A stretch of DNA of 51,714 nucleotides. It comes from Gammaproteobacteria bacterium. GTDB lineage: Bacteria; Pseudomonadota; Gammaproteobacteria; SG8-11. Positions 23,311 to 32,878 of the stretch are shown here, one piece after another; positions within the stretch are counted from its first letter, which is position 1, and every line of letters starts with the position of its first letter. A program made the translations under genes and the position numbers. Under the pieces are notes generated by a model. It was not told the origin of the DNA. It searched no databases and was given only the letters and a program-made list of their open reading frames with translations. Location of the stretch: positions 1-51,714 of the forward strand of contig JAADIM010000008.1 of the NCBI GenBank assembly GCA_013151345.1, in the 5' to 3' direction.

Positions 23311-24849
23311 TCAGTCATTAATGTTGAGTAATTTTGACACCTGTTCACGATCACTGAATGAAATTTTTTCTTTTCCTATCTGTTGATACACTTCATGTCC
23401 TTTGCCTGCTACAAGCACAATATCGTCGGGCTCAGCAGTCGTCACCGCCTTATGGATTGCCTTCGCGCGGTCATGAATAACCTTCACCTTTTTGGATTCC
23501 ATTGTTGCGTTTAAAACACCGCTCAAAATATCGTTTATGATTTTCTCTGGCGCTTCGTATCTCGGATTGTCATCTGTAATGAACACTTCATCAGCAAACT
23601 CAGTGGAAATTTTTCCCATCAAAGGACGCTTCCCTTTATCTCTATCACCACCACAACCAAACACACATACCAACTTACCTTTGACGTGGTCTCGCAATGT
23701 TATCAATACCTGGCGTAACGCGTCAGGTGTGTGAGCATAATCAATAACAACAAGCGGACATGCTGTCTGCTCACTGGTAAATCGCTCCATACGACCAGGC
23801 ACAGTATTTATCCGTTGTAATCGATCAAGTGTCACATCAAATGGCAGCCCTTTAACAAGCAATGAGCTCAATACTGCCAATAAATTATTAACGTTAAAAC
23901 GACCTAGTAGCTTGCTTTTCAATAACCCATTACCCCATGGGGTTTCCACCTTGAAACTGACACCCTGCATACTTAAATTAATTTCCGAAGCATAAACATC
24001 GGGGCGAGTTTCGATAATTTGCATACCATAACTGATGCATTTTTTGCGACCCGACATGTTTGCCAATAATTGACGACCAAACTCATCATCTGTGTTGATA
24101 ATGGCACTTTTGACGCTCGGTAATTCAAATATTTTTTGTTTCGCCTGACCATAAGCATCCATATCACTATGATAATCAAGATGATCACGACTCAGATTGG
24201 TAAAGACAGCAACGTCTATATCCGAACCCGCTATTCTGTTTTGATCCAACGCATGCGAAGACACTTCCATTGCGACATTTTCCGCGCCCGCGTCACGTAT
24301 TTCCTTCAGGTATAATTGCAAAGAAACCGGATCTGGTGTTGTCATATTTGTTTCTTTTAAATCACCATATATTCCATAGCCTAATGTCCCAATCAGCCCA
24401 CAAGGTGATTCATTATTCAAAACTTGTGATATAAAATGACAATAGGATGTTTTCCCATTAGTGCCTGTTACGCCAAAAATAAACATTTTTCGAGATGGCT
24501 CGCCATAGAAACGTGACGCAATCACGCCAACTAACTCTTTCAAATTTTTTAACGCAAAGACTGATACACCACTATCAGGTTTTAGATACTTAGCAAACTG
24601 TAACGGAACCACATTTGAAACTGATTCCCAAATGACCGCGACCGCACCGGCAGCTATTGCGTCATCGACAAAATCACTGCCATTTACATTCAATCCTTGA
24701 TAGGCGATAAACAAATCACCCGGTTTAACGCGCCTACTGTCACTTGAAATCCCAGTGACATTCCTGTTATTAACAGGAGTAACTTCAACGATGCCATTCA
24801 AAAGTTTAGAAAGAGAACGAGCGGTTTGCGAAATTTTTATCGCCATCAT
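23311..24849 (-). CDS. murE: UDP-MurNAc-dipeptide--meso-DAP ligase
   Basis: TGTNGKT, EVSSH, DYAHTPD, DNPR (DAP specificity), AGKGHE. Confidence 0.98.
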   Translation of the reverse strand: MMAIKISQTARSLSKLLNGIVEVTPVNNRNVTGISSDSRRVKPGDLFIAYQGLNVNGSDFVDDAIAAGAVAVIWESVSNVVPLQFAKYLKPDSGVSVFALKNLKELVGVIASRFYGEPSRKMFIFGVTGTNGKTSYCHFISQVLNNESPCGLIGTLGYGIYGDLKETNMTTPDPVSLQLYLKEIRDAGAENVAMEVSSHALDQNRIAGSDIDVAVFTNLSRDHLDYHSDMDAYGQAKQKIFELPSVKSAIINTDDEFGRQLLANMSGRKKCISYGMQIIETRPDVYASEINLSMQGVSFKVETPWGNGLLKSKLLGRFNVNNLLAVLSSLLVKGLPFDVTLDRLQRINTVPGRMERFTSEQTACPLVVIDYAHTPDALRQVLITLRDHVKGKLVCVFGCGGDRDKGKRPLMGKISTEFADEVFITDDNPRYEAPEKIINDILSGVLNATMESKKVKVIHDRAKAIHKAVTTAEPDDIVLVAGKGHEVYQQIGKEKISFSDREQVSKLLNIND

Positions 24850-26576
24850 GGGGTCTCCCCCAATTTAGCAATTTTTGCGCCTGTTTTAATACCTTCGGAT
24901 GAAATATTATCTGGTGCAACATTTAACAAACGTAAAGCACCACTTGCTACTTTGGAAAAAACAGGTGCCGCTACCTGCCCACCGTAATATTCTTCGCTGG
25001 TCGGCTCGTCAACAATAACGACCATGGCTATTCGCGGATCACTTGCCGGGGCCACACCAGCAAAAAGCGCAACATATTTATCTGCATAGCCACCAATACC
25101 GGACTTTTTAACCGTACCCGTTTTACCCGCAACCCGATAACCCCACACTTGTGCTTGTGTCCCTGTGCCACCTTTTAAAACCACCTTTTCTAACATAGCC
25201 CGAACCTTTTGAGTCGTTTCAGGGCGAAAAACTTGGTCCGCGCTTGTCTGCGACTCACCCTCTATTTTCAGAAAAGACACAGGACGTAAATAGCCATCAC
25301 CCGCCAGCGCTGAATAAGCCCTGGCCAATTGTAACGGCGTAACTGACAACCCATAGCCAAAGGCCAACGTTGCCGTCTCAATTTTTTGCCAACTGGAAAA
25401 ATGTGTGAGCAAACCGCTTGATTCACCGGGAAAACCACTGCCGGAACGATATCCAAATGATACTCTAGATAACACATCCCAGATTTTTTCCGGCTCCAGC
25501 TTAAGTGCTACTTTAGTTGCACCGACATTACTCGATTTTTGAATAATCGTTGTTAAATCTATACGTCCAAAATTTTTAGAGTCCTTGACAATATTGCTGC
25601 CAACTCTCAGCAACCCGGGCGAGGTATCCACGATGGTCCCAGAGCTGAAGCGATTACTCTCCAGCGCAGCAGCAATAATAAAAGGCTTTATAGTAGACCC
25701 GGGTTCAATAACATCAGTCACTGATCGATTACGATAATTACTGTCTTTTAATTCGCTACGATTATTCGGATTATTTGCAGGCTGATTGACCATTGCAAGT
25801 ACTTCGCCAGATTGGACATCTAGCATCACGAGGGAACCTGCTCGTGCACCGTGACGCTTGACAGCAGCTTTCAATTCTCTGTAAGCAAGATATTGAATAC
25901 GACGATCGATACTAAGTGCTAATGTTTTTCCCGGATTTGAGTCCTTTAGACTTTCAACATTCTCTACCATCCTGCCGAGGCGATCTTTTAATACACGTTT
26001 TTTACCATTGATGCCTTTAAGCCAATCATCATAGGCCAACTCTAATCCCTCTTGACCGTTATCATCATAATCTGTAAACCCGATTAGATGGCCGGTAACT
26101 TCTCCTTTTGGATAATATCGATGATATTCCTGTTGTAGAAATACACCTTGCATGCCTAACGCCATTACCTGTTGTGCAATCTCCGGATTTACATGTCGTT
26201 TTAAATAAGCAAATTCACGTCCTTTTTTTCTTTCTGACAATATTCCACGAATTTTTTCGCGCTTAATGTTTAATTTTGAGGCCAATTGAATTTGCTGCTC
26301 ATAATCAGCCTGAAATATTTGCGGATCGACCCAGACAGAATTAATCGGCGTACTAATCGCGAGAGGCTCACCATAACGATCGGTGATCATGCCTCTATGT
26401 GCAGGAACAGATACATCCCTTAAATAACGTGCATCGCCTTCCTCACGCAAAAAATCTTTTGTTAATACCTGAAGCTCAATCGCACGCCACGCAAGAAACA
26501 ACATAGATGCCAACAGTGAGACGACAACAAAATAATAGCGGTATGGACGAACAATATTATAATTACTTGTAGTCAT
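24846..26576 (-). CDS. ftsI: Division transpeptidase PBP3
   Basis: EPGSTIKP (SxxK), KSSN, GKTGT. Confidence 0.97.
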   Translation of the reverse strand: MTTSNYNIVRPYRYYFVVVSLLASMLFLAWRAIELQVLTKDFLREEGDARYLRDVSVPAHRGMITDRYGEPLAISTPINSVWVDPQIFQADYEQQIQLASKLNIKREKIRGILSERKKGREFAYLKRHVNPEIAQQVMALGMQGVFLQQEYHRYYPKGEVTGHLIGFTDYDDNGQEGLELAYDDWLKGINGKKRVLKDRLGRMVENVESLKDSNPGKTLALSIDRRIQYLAYRELKAAVKRHGARAGSLVMLDVQSGEVLAMVNQPANNPNNRSELKDSNYRNRSVTDVIEPGSTIKPFIIAAALESNRFSSGTIVDTSPGLLRVGSNIVKDSKNFGRIDLTTIIQKSSNVGATKVALKLEPEKIWDVLSRVSFGYRSGSGFPGESSGLLTHFSSWQKIETATLAFGYGLSVTPLQLARAYSALAGDGYLRPVSFLKIEGESQTSADQVFRPETTQKVRAMLEKVVLKGGTGTQAQVWGYRVAGKTGTVKKSGIGGYADKYVALFAGVAPASDPRIAMVVIVDEPTSEEYYGGQVAAPVFSKVASGALRLLNVAPDNISSEGIKTGAKIAKLGETP

Positions 26577-26845
26577 GGCCGTATCATCACCACTGTATTT
26601 GCAGGCGGTATTGTCATTTTTAAATCACTGCGTGCCATTCGCTCAATTCGTCCATGCGTAATCAAAGTACTCTGTTCCAATTGTAATTGACCCCACTCAA
26701 CATCCATGCGATCACGTTCGTCTTTAAGTGCCTGTAGCTGAAAAAAATACATACGATTTTGATGCTTCGCATAAATGACACCGAATGCTGAACTCATCAC
26801 AGCTACACCCAAAACCGGCACTAATAAGTATTTCACCGGCATCAA
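26573..26845 (-). CDS. ftsL: Cell division protein FtsL
   Basis: TM helix plus EWGQLQLEQSTL; between rsmH and ftsI. Confidence 0.95.
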   Translation of the reverse strand: MMPVKYLLVPVLGVAVMSSAFGVIYAKHQNRMYFFQLQALKDERDRMDVEWGQLQLEQSTLITHGRIERMARSDLKMTIPPANTVVMIRP

Positions 26846-27786
26846 ATTTTCTCAGCGACACGCAACACAGCACTACGTGCCCGCGGATTAGCAGATAATT
26901 CTTTGTCAGTGGCACGTATGACTTTTCCGATAGCGCGTAAATTCGGTTTTAGTTGAGAATGTGTAACTGGCAAATTCAGAGGATACGCGTCACCCCGGCA
27001 CTGTTCGCGTATGAATCTTTTAACGATACGGTCTTCTAATGAATGAAAACTAATCACTGCCAAGCGCCCGCCATTGGCCAGTACTTCAACAACCTGCGAA
27101 AGGCAGGTTTTCAAATCGTCTAATTCATTGTTTATAAAAATCCGTATACCCTGAAAACTTCGCGTCGCCGGGTCTTTATTTTTTTCAAGAAATGGACTGG
27201 CATCAGAAATGATTTTCGCGAGTTGGCGCGTCGTTTCAATTACACCAGTTTCCCGTTCCGTGACAATAGCGCGTGCAATACGGCGAGAAAATTTTTCTTC
27301 ACCATATTCTTTTAAAACTGATGCGATTTCGTTCTCACTGGCTTTAGCCAGCCACTGCGCGGCAGTCATTTCTATACTACGATCCATGCGCATATCAAGA
27401 GGCCCATCCTGCTTAAAACTAAACCCTCTTTCTGAGTCATCAATCTGAGGAGATGAAACGCCCAGATCAAGTAAAACGCCGTCTACTTTTCCCAGGCAAC
27501 CATGGTGCTTTGTTATCTGATTTAACAATGCAAAAGTTCCTCGCTCTATGAAAAAGCGTTTATCATGTTCAAACCGGCGTCTTGCCTGTGCAACTGCCTC
27601 CTCGTCCTTATCAATCGCTAATAAACGACCTGTCAAACCCAATCTTTTTAAAATTTCCGCAGCGTGCCCACCACGACCAAATGTACCATCAATATAAATT
27701 CCATTTTCTTTTATACTCAACGCTTCAACAGCTTCTTTCAGCAATACCGGATGGTGAATAAAAGTCTCTGTCATGCCATTAAACAA
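26842..27786 (-). CDS. rsmH: 16S rRNA m4C1402 methyltransferase
   Basis: HxPVL, DGTFGRGGH, DLGVSSPQ, FHSLEDR, NPRARSA. Confidence 0.98.
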   Translation of the reverse strand: MFNGMTETFIHHPVLLKEAVEALSIKENGIYIDGTFGRGGHAAEILKRLGLTGRLLAIDKDEEAVAQARRRFEHDKRFFIERGTFALLNQITKHHGCLGKVDGVLLDLGVSSPQIDDSERGFSFKQDGPLDMRMDRSIEMTAAQWLAKASENEIASVLKEYGEEKFSRRIARAIVTERETGVIETTRQLAKIISDASPFLEKNKDPATRSFQGIRIFINNELDDLKTCLSQVVEVLANGGRLAVISFHSLEDRIVKRFIREQCRGDAYPLNLPVTHSQLKPNLRAIGKVIRATDKELSANPRARSAVLRVAEKI

Positions 27787-27836
27787 AAAGCCTGGTCACG
27801 TTTTAACAACTGTTTTAACAATTAGAATCAAAACCC

Positions 27837-28286
27837 TTAATAATTAAACGATGAATGTTCTGCTGGAAGCGATTCGATTTCACCGTTTCTCATATTAGCC
27901 TGGTCGTCTTTCCATTTCTGTTCATCCCAGATTTCAAACTTGTTTATCGCGCCAGTCAGAACTATGCTTTTGTCTATGCCCACTTGCTCTCTTAACAAAG
28001 GAGGAATTAAAATTCGCCCATTTCCATCCAACTTGCACTTTGTCGCATTGCCAACCAGTATGCGTACCAACATGCGCGTATACCCGTTCATGCTAGGTAA
28101 TTTTGAAATTTTATCTTTGGTGAATTCCCATTCCGGTTGTGTATATAAAACTAAGCAAGGATCTTTAATGTCCATCGTCAGAAACAAATTGCCTTCGCAA
28201 TACCCATGGATCAGCGCACGGTACGATGTCGGTACTGTCATCCGCCCCTTTGTATCCAAAGACAAGGCATTTGCACCCTCGAACAT
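27837..28286 (-). CDS. mraZ: Transcriptional repressor MraZ
   Basis: Two DxxGR repeats (LDTKGRM, LDGNGRILIP); first gene of the dcw cluster. Confidence 0.96.
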   Translation of the reverse strand: MFEGANALSLDTKGRMTVPTSYRALIHGYCEGNLFLTMDIKDPCLVLYTQPEWEFTKDKISKLPSMNGYTRMLVRILVGNATKCKLDGNGRILIPPLLREQVGIDKSIVLTGAINKFEIWDEQKWKDDQANMRNGEIESLPAEHSSFNY

Positions 28287-28342
28287 TGTTTCTCTCCTAG
28301 CTGAACATTAGGGGCAAAATGACGACTATATGACCAATTAAA

Positions 28343-28367
28343 CCCACTTTTCCCCACTTTCCCCCAC
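28343..28367 (-). promoter_or_regulatory. MraZ operator: three GTGGG repeats at 10-bp period
   Basis: CCCAC at 28343, 28353 and 28363, matching the known MraZ binding repeats. Confidence 0.88.
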
Positions 28368-28376
28368 CGTTACTTA

Positions 28377-28406
28377 ACTATAGTTTTAAATCAACAAAAC
28401 TGTCAA
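28377..28406 (-). promoter_or_regulatory. Sigma70 promoter of the dcw cluster
   Basis: TTGACA (28406-28401), 18-bp spacer, TATAGT (28382-28377), directly upstream of the MraZ boxes. Confidence 0.75.
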
Positions 28407-28466
28407 GGATTTTGCCCACAAAATGATAAATTCTTGCTTATTTCACAGTAACTTAGCGTGTGTTTA

Positions 28467-28480
28467 TTGATCCAAATCAA
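28467..28480. promoter_or_regulatory. Perfect FNR/ANR-type box TTGAT-N4-ATCAA
   Basis: TTGATCCAAATCAA in the rnpB-mraZ spacer. Confidence 0.45.
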
Positions 28481-28580
28481 ACAAATTTGGCACCCAAAAT
28501 GGCCAAAGAAAATACAAATCATGGAGTTAGAAGGCAAAGCTAGAGGAATCTATCAAGAACTGAAGAATACAGAAATAAGA

Positions 28581-28944
28581 AAAGGAGTTGGCCTATAAGC
28601 CGGGTTCTGTCGAGAACAGTCATTCATCTGGGATACACGTCACCGCGCACCTCATGCGACCTACCCGGGAACAGTGTGGGCCACACTCGGCAGCTTACGC
28701 TGCCAGTTCCCCTATTTGGTCTTGCTCCAGGTGGGGTTTGCCATGCCACTGATGTTACCACCAGCGCGGTGCGCTCTTACCGCACCATTTCACCCTTACC
28801 AGCACGACTAGCGTGTTTCGGCGGTATATTTTCTGCGGCACTTTCCGTAGGCTCGCGCCTCCCAGAAGTTATCTGGCACCTTGCCCTATAGAGCCCGGAC
28901 TTTCCTCTACATCTCAAAGATATAGCGACTGTTCAGCCAACTCG
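28581..28944 (-). ncRNA. rnpB: RNase P RNA, bacterial type A
   Basis: Minus strand has GAGGAAAGTCCGGGC near the 5' end and ACAGAACCCGGCTTA near the 3' end; P1 GAGTTGGC/GCCAACTC; located upstream of mraZ. Confidence 0.97.
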
Positions 28945-29029
28945 GAGCAGAGTTTCAAGGATTTCAGTCTATTTTTCAAGATGCACAGCTCTAATTAGTG
29001 ACTAAAAGCGTAAATTTAATAATGTAAAT

Positions 29030-29045
29030 TGTGATCATTGTCACA
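29030..29045. promoter_or_regulatory. Consensus CRP/Vfr site
   Basis: TGTGA-TCATTG-TCACA with AT-rich flanks, between rnpB and the DUF1631 gene. Confidence 0.7.
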
Positions 29046-29128
29046 CTTTTATATTGCTTTCCGGCACAAAATCACTAGAATCAGGGCTGATTTAGTTATA
29101 TAAGCAAATATATAAGCAGGCCCCTGAT

Positions 29129-30460
29129 TTGCAAGGACAAATGTTGATCTACAAGGACAAATGTGAGGCAAAAAATAAGGGGTATTTGGGCATGATTTTA
29201 CAATGCAACGCGGCAGGATACGCTAATAGCACAGATACAATAGAAATTAATTCTACGGTAATATCCAAAAAAAAGCTTTCCAAAGAGGAAGTTTTCAGCC
29301 TAATTTCAGAATTACTGAATTGTCGCTCCTCCAATGAATTTTCTACGAATAAAAAACGCATAGATAATGGTGATATTGTCACTGCTCTATCTTTAATGCA
29401 GCATAATATCGACACTCTTTTATTTGATAATGATTCAGGTGAATTCCGTTTAGACACGAAAATTATTAGCGATTTCGAACGCTTACTGCATATTAATATG
29501 TCTAGCACGATGAACAAGACTGACGTAGACACAATAGACGTCGTCAGAATGATGTTCGATATTATTTTTGAAGACAAGCGCTTATCAAATAAAACAAAAA
29601 CGCTGCTAGCAAAACTCCAGATTCCAGTACTCAAGGTCGCCTTTCTTGATAACGCTTATTTTTCTGACGACCCGCATCCGGCAGAGCGACTAATTAACAA
29701 ATTAACTGACGCAGCAATATCGCTCACAAAAATCGACGACAATAATAGCCCGTCTTTCTACCCTGAATTAAACGCAATTGTGACCCGAATAACGAATGAA
29801 TTTACCGATGACGCTGCCATATTTTCGGGTATTCTGGAATCATCCCAACTTTTCAAAAAAGAAAAACAAAATAAAACGAATCCATCTACCCAACACTTAT
29901 ATGACGCAACAGAAAAATTAAAACTTTTGTCTAATAGAATACAAAAATCATATTCCACAGACAACATCAAAAAATCAGTAGATGACAAATCAGCGAACAT
30001 CAATGTCAAAACCATTAGTAAAAATAAATTAAACCCTCCTATAGCTGCAACTGCATATGATTCAATAATAAATACTAAAAACTCTGCGCATACCAATCAA
30101 TTGATAACCAATGCAATTAGAAAAAAAATAATTGCAGATGAATTACCAAGAGAGGTGCGTGACTTTCTCACCACTACCTGGGCAAATGTTGCAACAAGGA
30201 TCTACAATGATCACAGTGATAAAAGTGAAATTTGGAAAACAACAATTTCGGTCGTTGATCAATTGGCCTGGATTTTTCAGCCAAAATCAAACTTCGAGGA
30301 TAAACAAAAAATAACTAATATCATTCCTCGTTTAGTAACAAATATTCAAGACGGTTTGGATTCAACAAATAGCGTTAGCAAAAACAAAACGCAATTATTT
30401 GCCACATTGCTATCGATACATGCCGCAAGCCTGAAAGAACAGCGCTTAGCTCGCAACTAG
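29129..30460 (+). CDS. DUF1631-family protein (short form; start uncertain)
   Basis: IDVVRMMFDIIFED...LQIPVLKVAFLD..YF....HPA.RLIN motif and LP..V..FL...W segment. Confidence 0.75.
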   Translation: MQGQMLIYKDKCEAKNKGYLGMILQCNAAGYANSTDTIEINSTVISKKKLSKEEVFSLISELLNCRSSNEFSTNKKRIDNGDIVTALSLMQHNIDTLLFDNDSGEFRLDTKIISDFERLLHINMSSTMNKTDVDTIDVVRMMFDIIFEDKRLSNKTKTLLAKLQIPVLKVAFLDNAYFSDDPHPAERLINKLTDAAISLTKIDDNNSPSFYPELNAIVTRITNEFTDDAAIFSGILESSQLFKKEKQNKTNPSTQHLYDATEKLKLLSNRIQKSYSTDNIKKSVDDKSANINVKTISKNKLNPPIAATAYDSIINTKNSAHTNQLITNAIRKKIIADELPREVRDFLTTTWANVATRIYNDHSDKSEIWKTTISVVDQLAWIFQPKSNFEDKQKITNIIPRLVTNIQDGLDSTNSVSKNKTQLFATLLSIHAASLKEQRLARN

Positions 30461-30507
30461 CGCTTAATACCATGCCATGTTAAGTAAATGAGTATGTAAG
30501 ACCAACA

Positions 30508-31308
30508 TCATTTGCGCGCTGCTTTAATCTGCTCATATGCAGCTTTGATCTCCTGTGTTTTTTCAGTTGCAATTTTCATCATTTCCTCTGGCAAACCCTT
30601 TGAAACAAGTTTGTCTGGATGGTGTTCGTTCATAAGTTTTCTATACGCTCTTTTCACTTGTTCATCACTTGCTGCCTCAGACACACCCAGAACAGCGTAG
30701 GCCTCCTTTAGTTTTTCCTCACGCGACTTACCCGGGGAATCATAGTCGGCGGTATATTGCTGCTGTGCTTGTATCAAGCTAAGTAACTGCTCAAACTGCG
30801 CATGCGAGAAGCCTAATTTGCCAGAAATATAAACAAGTAATTTTTTCTCCGTTGAATGCACTTCACCGTCTGCTAGTGCTGTGGAAACAAGCATTTCGAG
30901 GAACATTTGAATTAAGTTTCGACGTCCACGGCATTCGTTTCGAAATTGATCAAGTACATCATCTAACGGAAATTGAGACTGCTTTCCTTCACCAAATAAA
31001 TTCATCGCGGCCTTGCGTTGATCTGGTGAGAGTTGCATATGAATCATCAGGTTTCGAGCAAGATCCAGCTCATCATGCGTAACACGGCCGTCCGCCTTGG
31101 CCATATGTCCCATAACAGAAAATATCGCTGTAAAAAATGCGGTTTGAACGCGCTCGGTTTCTCCTGCGCCCAATAATACTGAATCACCGGAGAACCCATC
31201 CAGGCCCTTGTCCAGGTTGTGACCCAGTGCGGCGCCCATTAACGCCCCTAATGGCCCCCCCAACATGAAGCCAAACGCGCCGCCTACTAATTTTCCCCAC
31301 CAGGCCAT
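30508..31308 (-). CDS. djlA: Membrane co-chaperone DjlA
   Basis: WWGKLVGG TM anchor, AKADGRV TerB-like domain, C-terminal J domain HHPDKL. Confidence 0.97.
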   Translation of the reverse strand: MAWWGKLVGGAFGFMLGGPLGALMGAALGHNLDKGLDGFSGDSVLLGAGETERVQTAFFTAIFSVMGHMAKADGRVTHDELDLARNLMIHMQLSPDQRKAAMNLFGEGKQSQFPLDDVLDQFRNECRGRRNLIQMFLEMLVSTALADGEVHSTEKKLLVYISGKLGFSHAQFEQLLSLIQAQQQYTADYDSPGKSREEKLKEAYAVLGVSEAASDEQVKRAYRKLMNEHHPDKLVSKGLPEEMMKIATEKTQEIKAAYEQIKAARK

Positions 31309-31509
31309 TTCACCACCTCAATAGTCGCTGAGTTATAATTTAGCACCCAAAGTAATATCAGCTGCGCCTGTTTTAACATATTAAGCTGCACAGCTAAAGA
31401 AATTTCAAAAAATGAGGATATAACTATATACATAGATATAATTGGAAACTAGTGTACTGTATCGAGTAATCTCCCCTAACCTAGGTTAAAATGATATTAA
31501 ATCAGAAAT

Positions 31510-31968
31510 ATGAAACGCTTCTCTTTCAAAAATTTCTTCTCTCGAACCAGCAGCGAACGTCGCAAGCGTGGCCGCGCTCAACGTTACAATGCAACAATTC
31601 TTATCGTGGACGATTCTCGTACCGTAGTACATGTACTCAAAACCCTATTAGTGAAAGCGGGCTTTAAAGCATTAACAGCCATGACCGGCGAACAGGGAAT
31701 TAGTATGGCAAAAATACACAAGCCCGACCTAATTCTTATGGACCTCGTGATGCCAGGGATAAACGGCTTTCAAGCAACACGTATGATACGCCAAGATCCA
31801 CTTATCAAGGATATCCCGATCGTTATTATTAGCGGAAATGAACAAGCAGCTGAAAAATTTTGGGGTATTCGTATTGGTGCCAACGGATTCCTAGCCAAGC
31901 CTATTACTCGAGAAAAATTCTTTGAAACCATTGATGAAATTCTCAATTTAGAATCAATTGCCAGTTAG
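31510..31968 (+). CDS. Single-domain response regulator, PilH-like, with basic N-terminal extension
   Basis: ILIVDDS, PDLILMDLVMPGINGFQATR, FWG...GA..FLAKP. Confidence 0.85.
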   Translation: MKRFSFKNFFSRTSSERRKRGRAQRYNATILIVDDSRTVVHVLKTLLVKAGFKALTAMTGEQGISMAKIHKPDLILMDLVMPGINGFQATRMIRQDPLIKDIPIVIISGNEQAAEKFWGIRIGANGFLAKPITREKFFETIDEILNLESIAS

Positions 31969-32048
31969 GAACGTGCATGTTTCCTGAACCCCTCTATTAA
32001 ACACTTTAATTATAGGGAAGCTGTGACTGTATACTTACTGATTGTATA

Positions 32049-32219
32049 TATACCCGTAGCGATTGAGATTTAGGTGTAACTGCACGCCCTCTTTATTCCA
32101 TGGCGGCGTTGAAATTCCTCGCAATAGAGCGACTATAGCGACTATTACTCGTCATTTCGCCTTGCCATGAAATAAATAGGACGCACATTTACACCTATAT
32201 CCCAAACGCCACGGGTATA
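32049..32219. mobile_element. ERIC-like miniature inverted-repeat element (171 bp)
   Basis: Ends TATACCCGT...ACGGGTATA; arms match at 46 of the first 56 positions; TA termini; non-coding. Confidence 0.75.
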
Positions 32220-32298
32220 CTTAACTTTACCCGCCAAATCATGTTAAAATAGCAACAATTGTTTTAGATATTACAATAAAACTTGTACGGAGTATGGC

Positions 32299-32664
32299 AT
32301 GGCCAATATACAATTTGATCAAAAATTAACAAATGAAATTAAAGTCTCGCCTGCAGCGATTGAACAACTTATCGCAATCACTTCAAGTGAGGAAGACGTA
32401 AATGGTATTCGCATATTTGTTTCTGGCGGTGGTTGCGGTGGTATGACATACGGCCTGACCTTTGTCGACAAACCCAGCTCATATGATCGCGTACTAGAAA
32501 GTAAAGGCCTGAATATATATGTCGACTCGGTTGCATTGAGTTTCCTCGAAGGCGTAGAAATTGATTATAAAACGGAGGGTCTTAATACGAACTTCGTATT
32601 CTCAAATGTATTCGCCAATTCAGGTGGAAGCGGCACGTGCGGTGGATGCGGTGGTGCAGGTTAA
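32299..32664 (+). CDS. HesB/IscA-family (A-type) Fe-S carrier, atypical
   Basis: IRIFVSGGGCGGMTY, YVD..AL.FL.G..IDY, C-terminal TCGGCGG. Confidence 0.9.
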   Translation: MANIQFDQKLTNEIKVSPAAIEQLIAITSSEEDVNGIRIFVSGGGCGGMTYGLTFVDKPSSYDRVLESKGLNIYVDSVALSFLEGVEIDYKTEGLNTNFVFSNVFANSGGSGTCGGCGGAG

Positions 32665-32714
32665 GTGGGGATGAAGGAGGAGGATGCAGTTGAACCCTAT
32701 CCTTCTACCCAGTT

Positions 32715-32799
32715 TTTTAGTACATTATTTTAGTACATAGTTTTAGTACATAGTTTTAGTACATAGTTTTAGTACATAGTTTTAGTACATAGTTTTAGT
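32715..32799. repeat. 13-bp VNTR TTTTAGTACATAG
   Basis: One imperfect copy (32715), five perfect copies (32728-32792) and a partial copy. Confidence 0.95.
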
Positions 32800-32878
32800 C
32801 AGTAGTCGTGATAATATTTTTTTCAGTACTTTTTTCTAAAATTTTTTTAAAACTTTTTTTAAAAGAAGTGGCCCGGTT

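Noticed and set aside
1302-28311. Numerous short ORFs overlapping the housekeeping genes
   Set aside because: They are antisense or alternate-frame shadows of well-supported genes.
28676-28998. ORFs 28676..28891 and 28813..28998
   Set aside because: They are antisense shadows of rnpB.
29149-30096. Minus-strand ORFs of 161 and 112 aa
   Set aside because: They lie antisense to the DUF1631 gene and carry no motifs.
32684-32740. 18-codon ORF (MQLNPILLPSFLVHYFST) after AAGGAGGAGG as a peptide precursor
   Set aside because: It runs into the VNTR, has no recognisable precursor features, and the purine tract can be explained as one arm of a hairpin. Not fully excluded without ribosome profiling.
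32715-32799. Possible CRISPR array
   Set aside because: The 13-bp units are directly adjacent with no spacers, and there are no cas genes.
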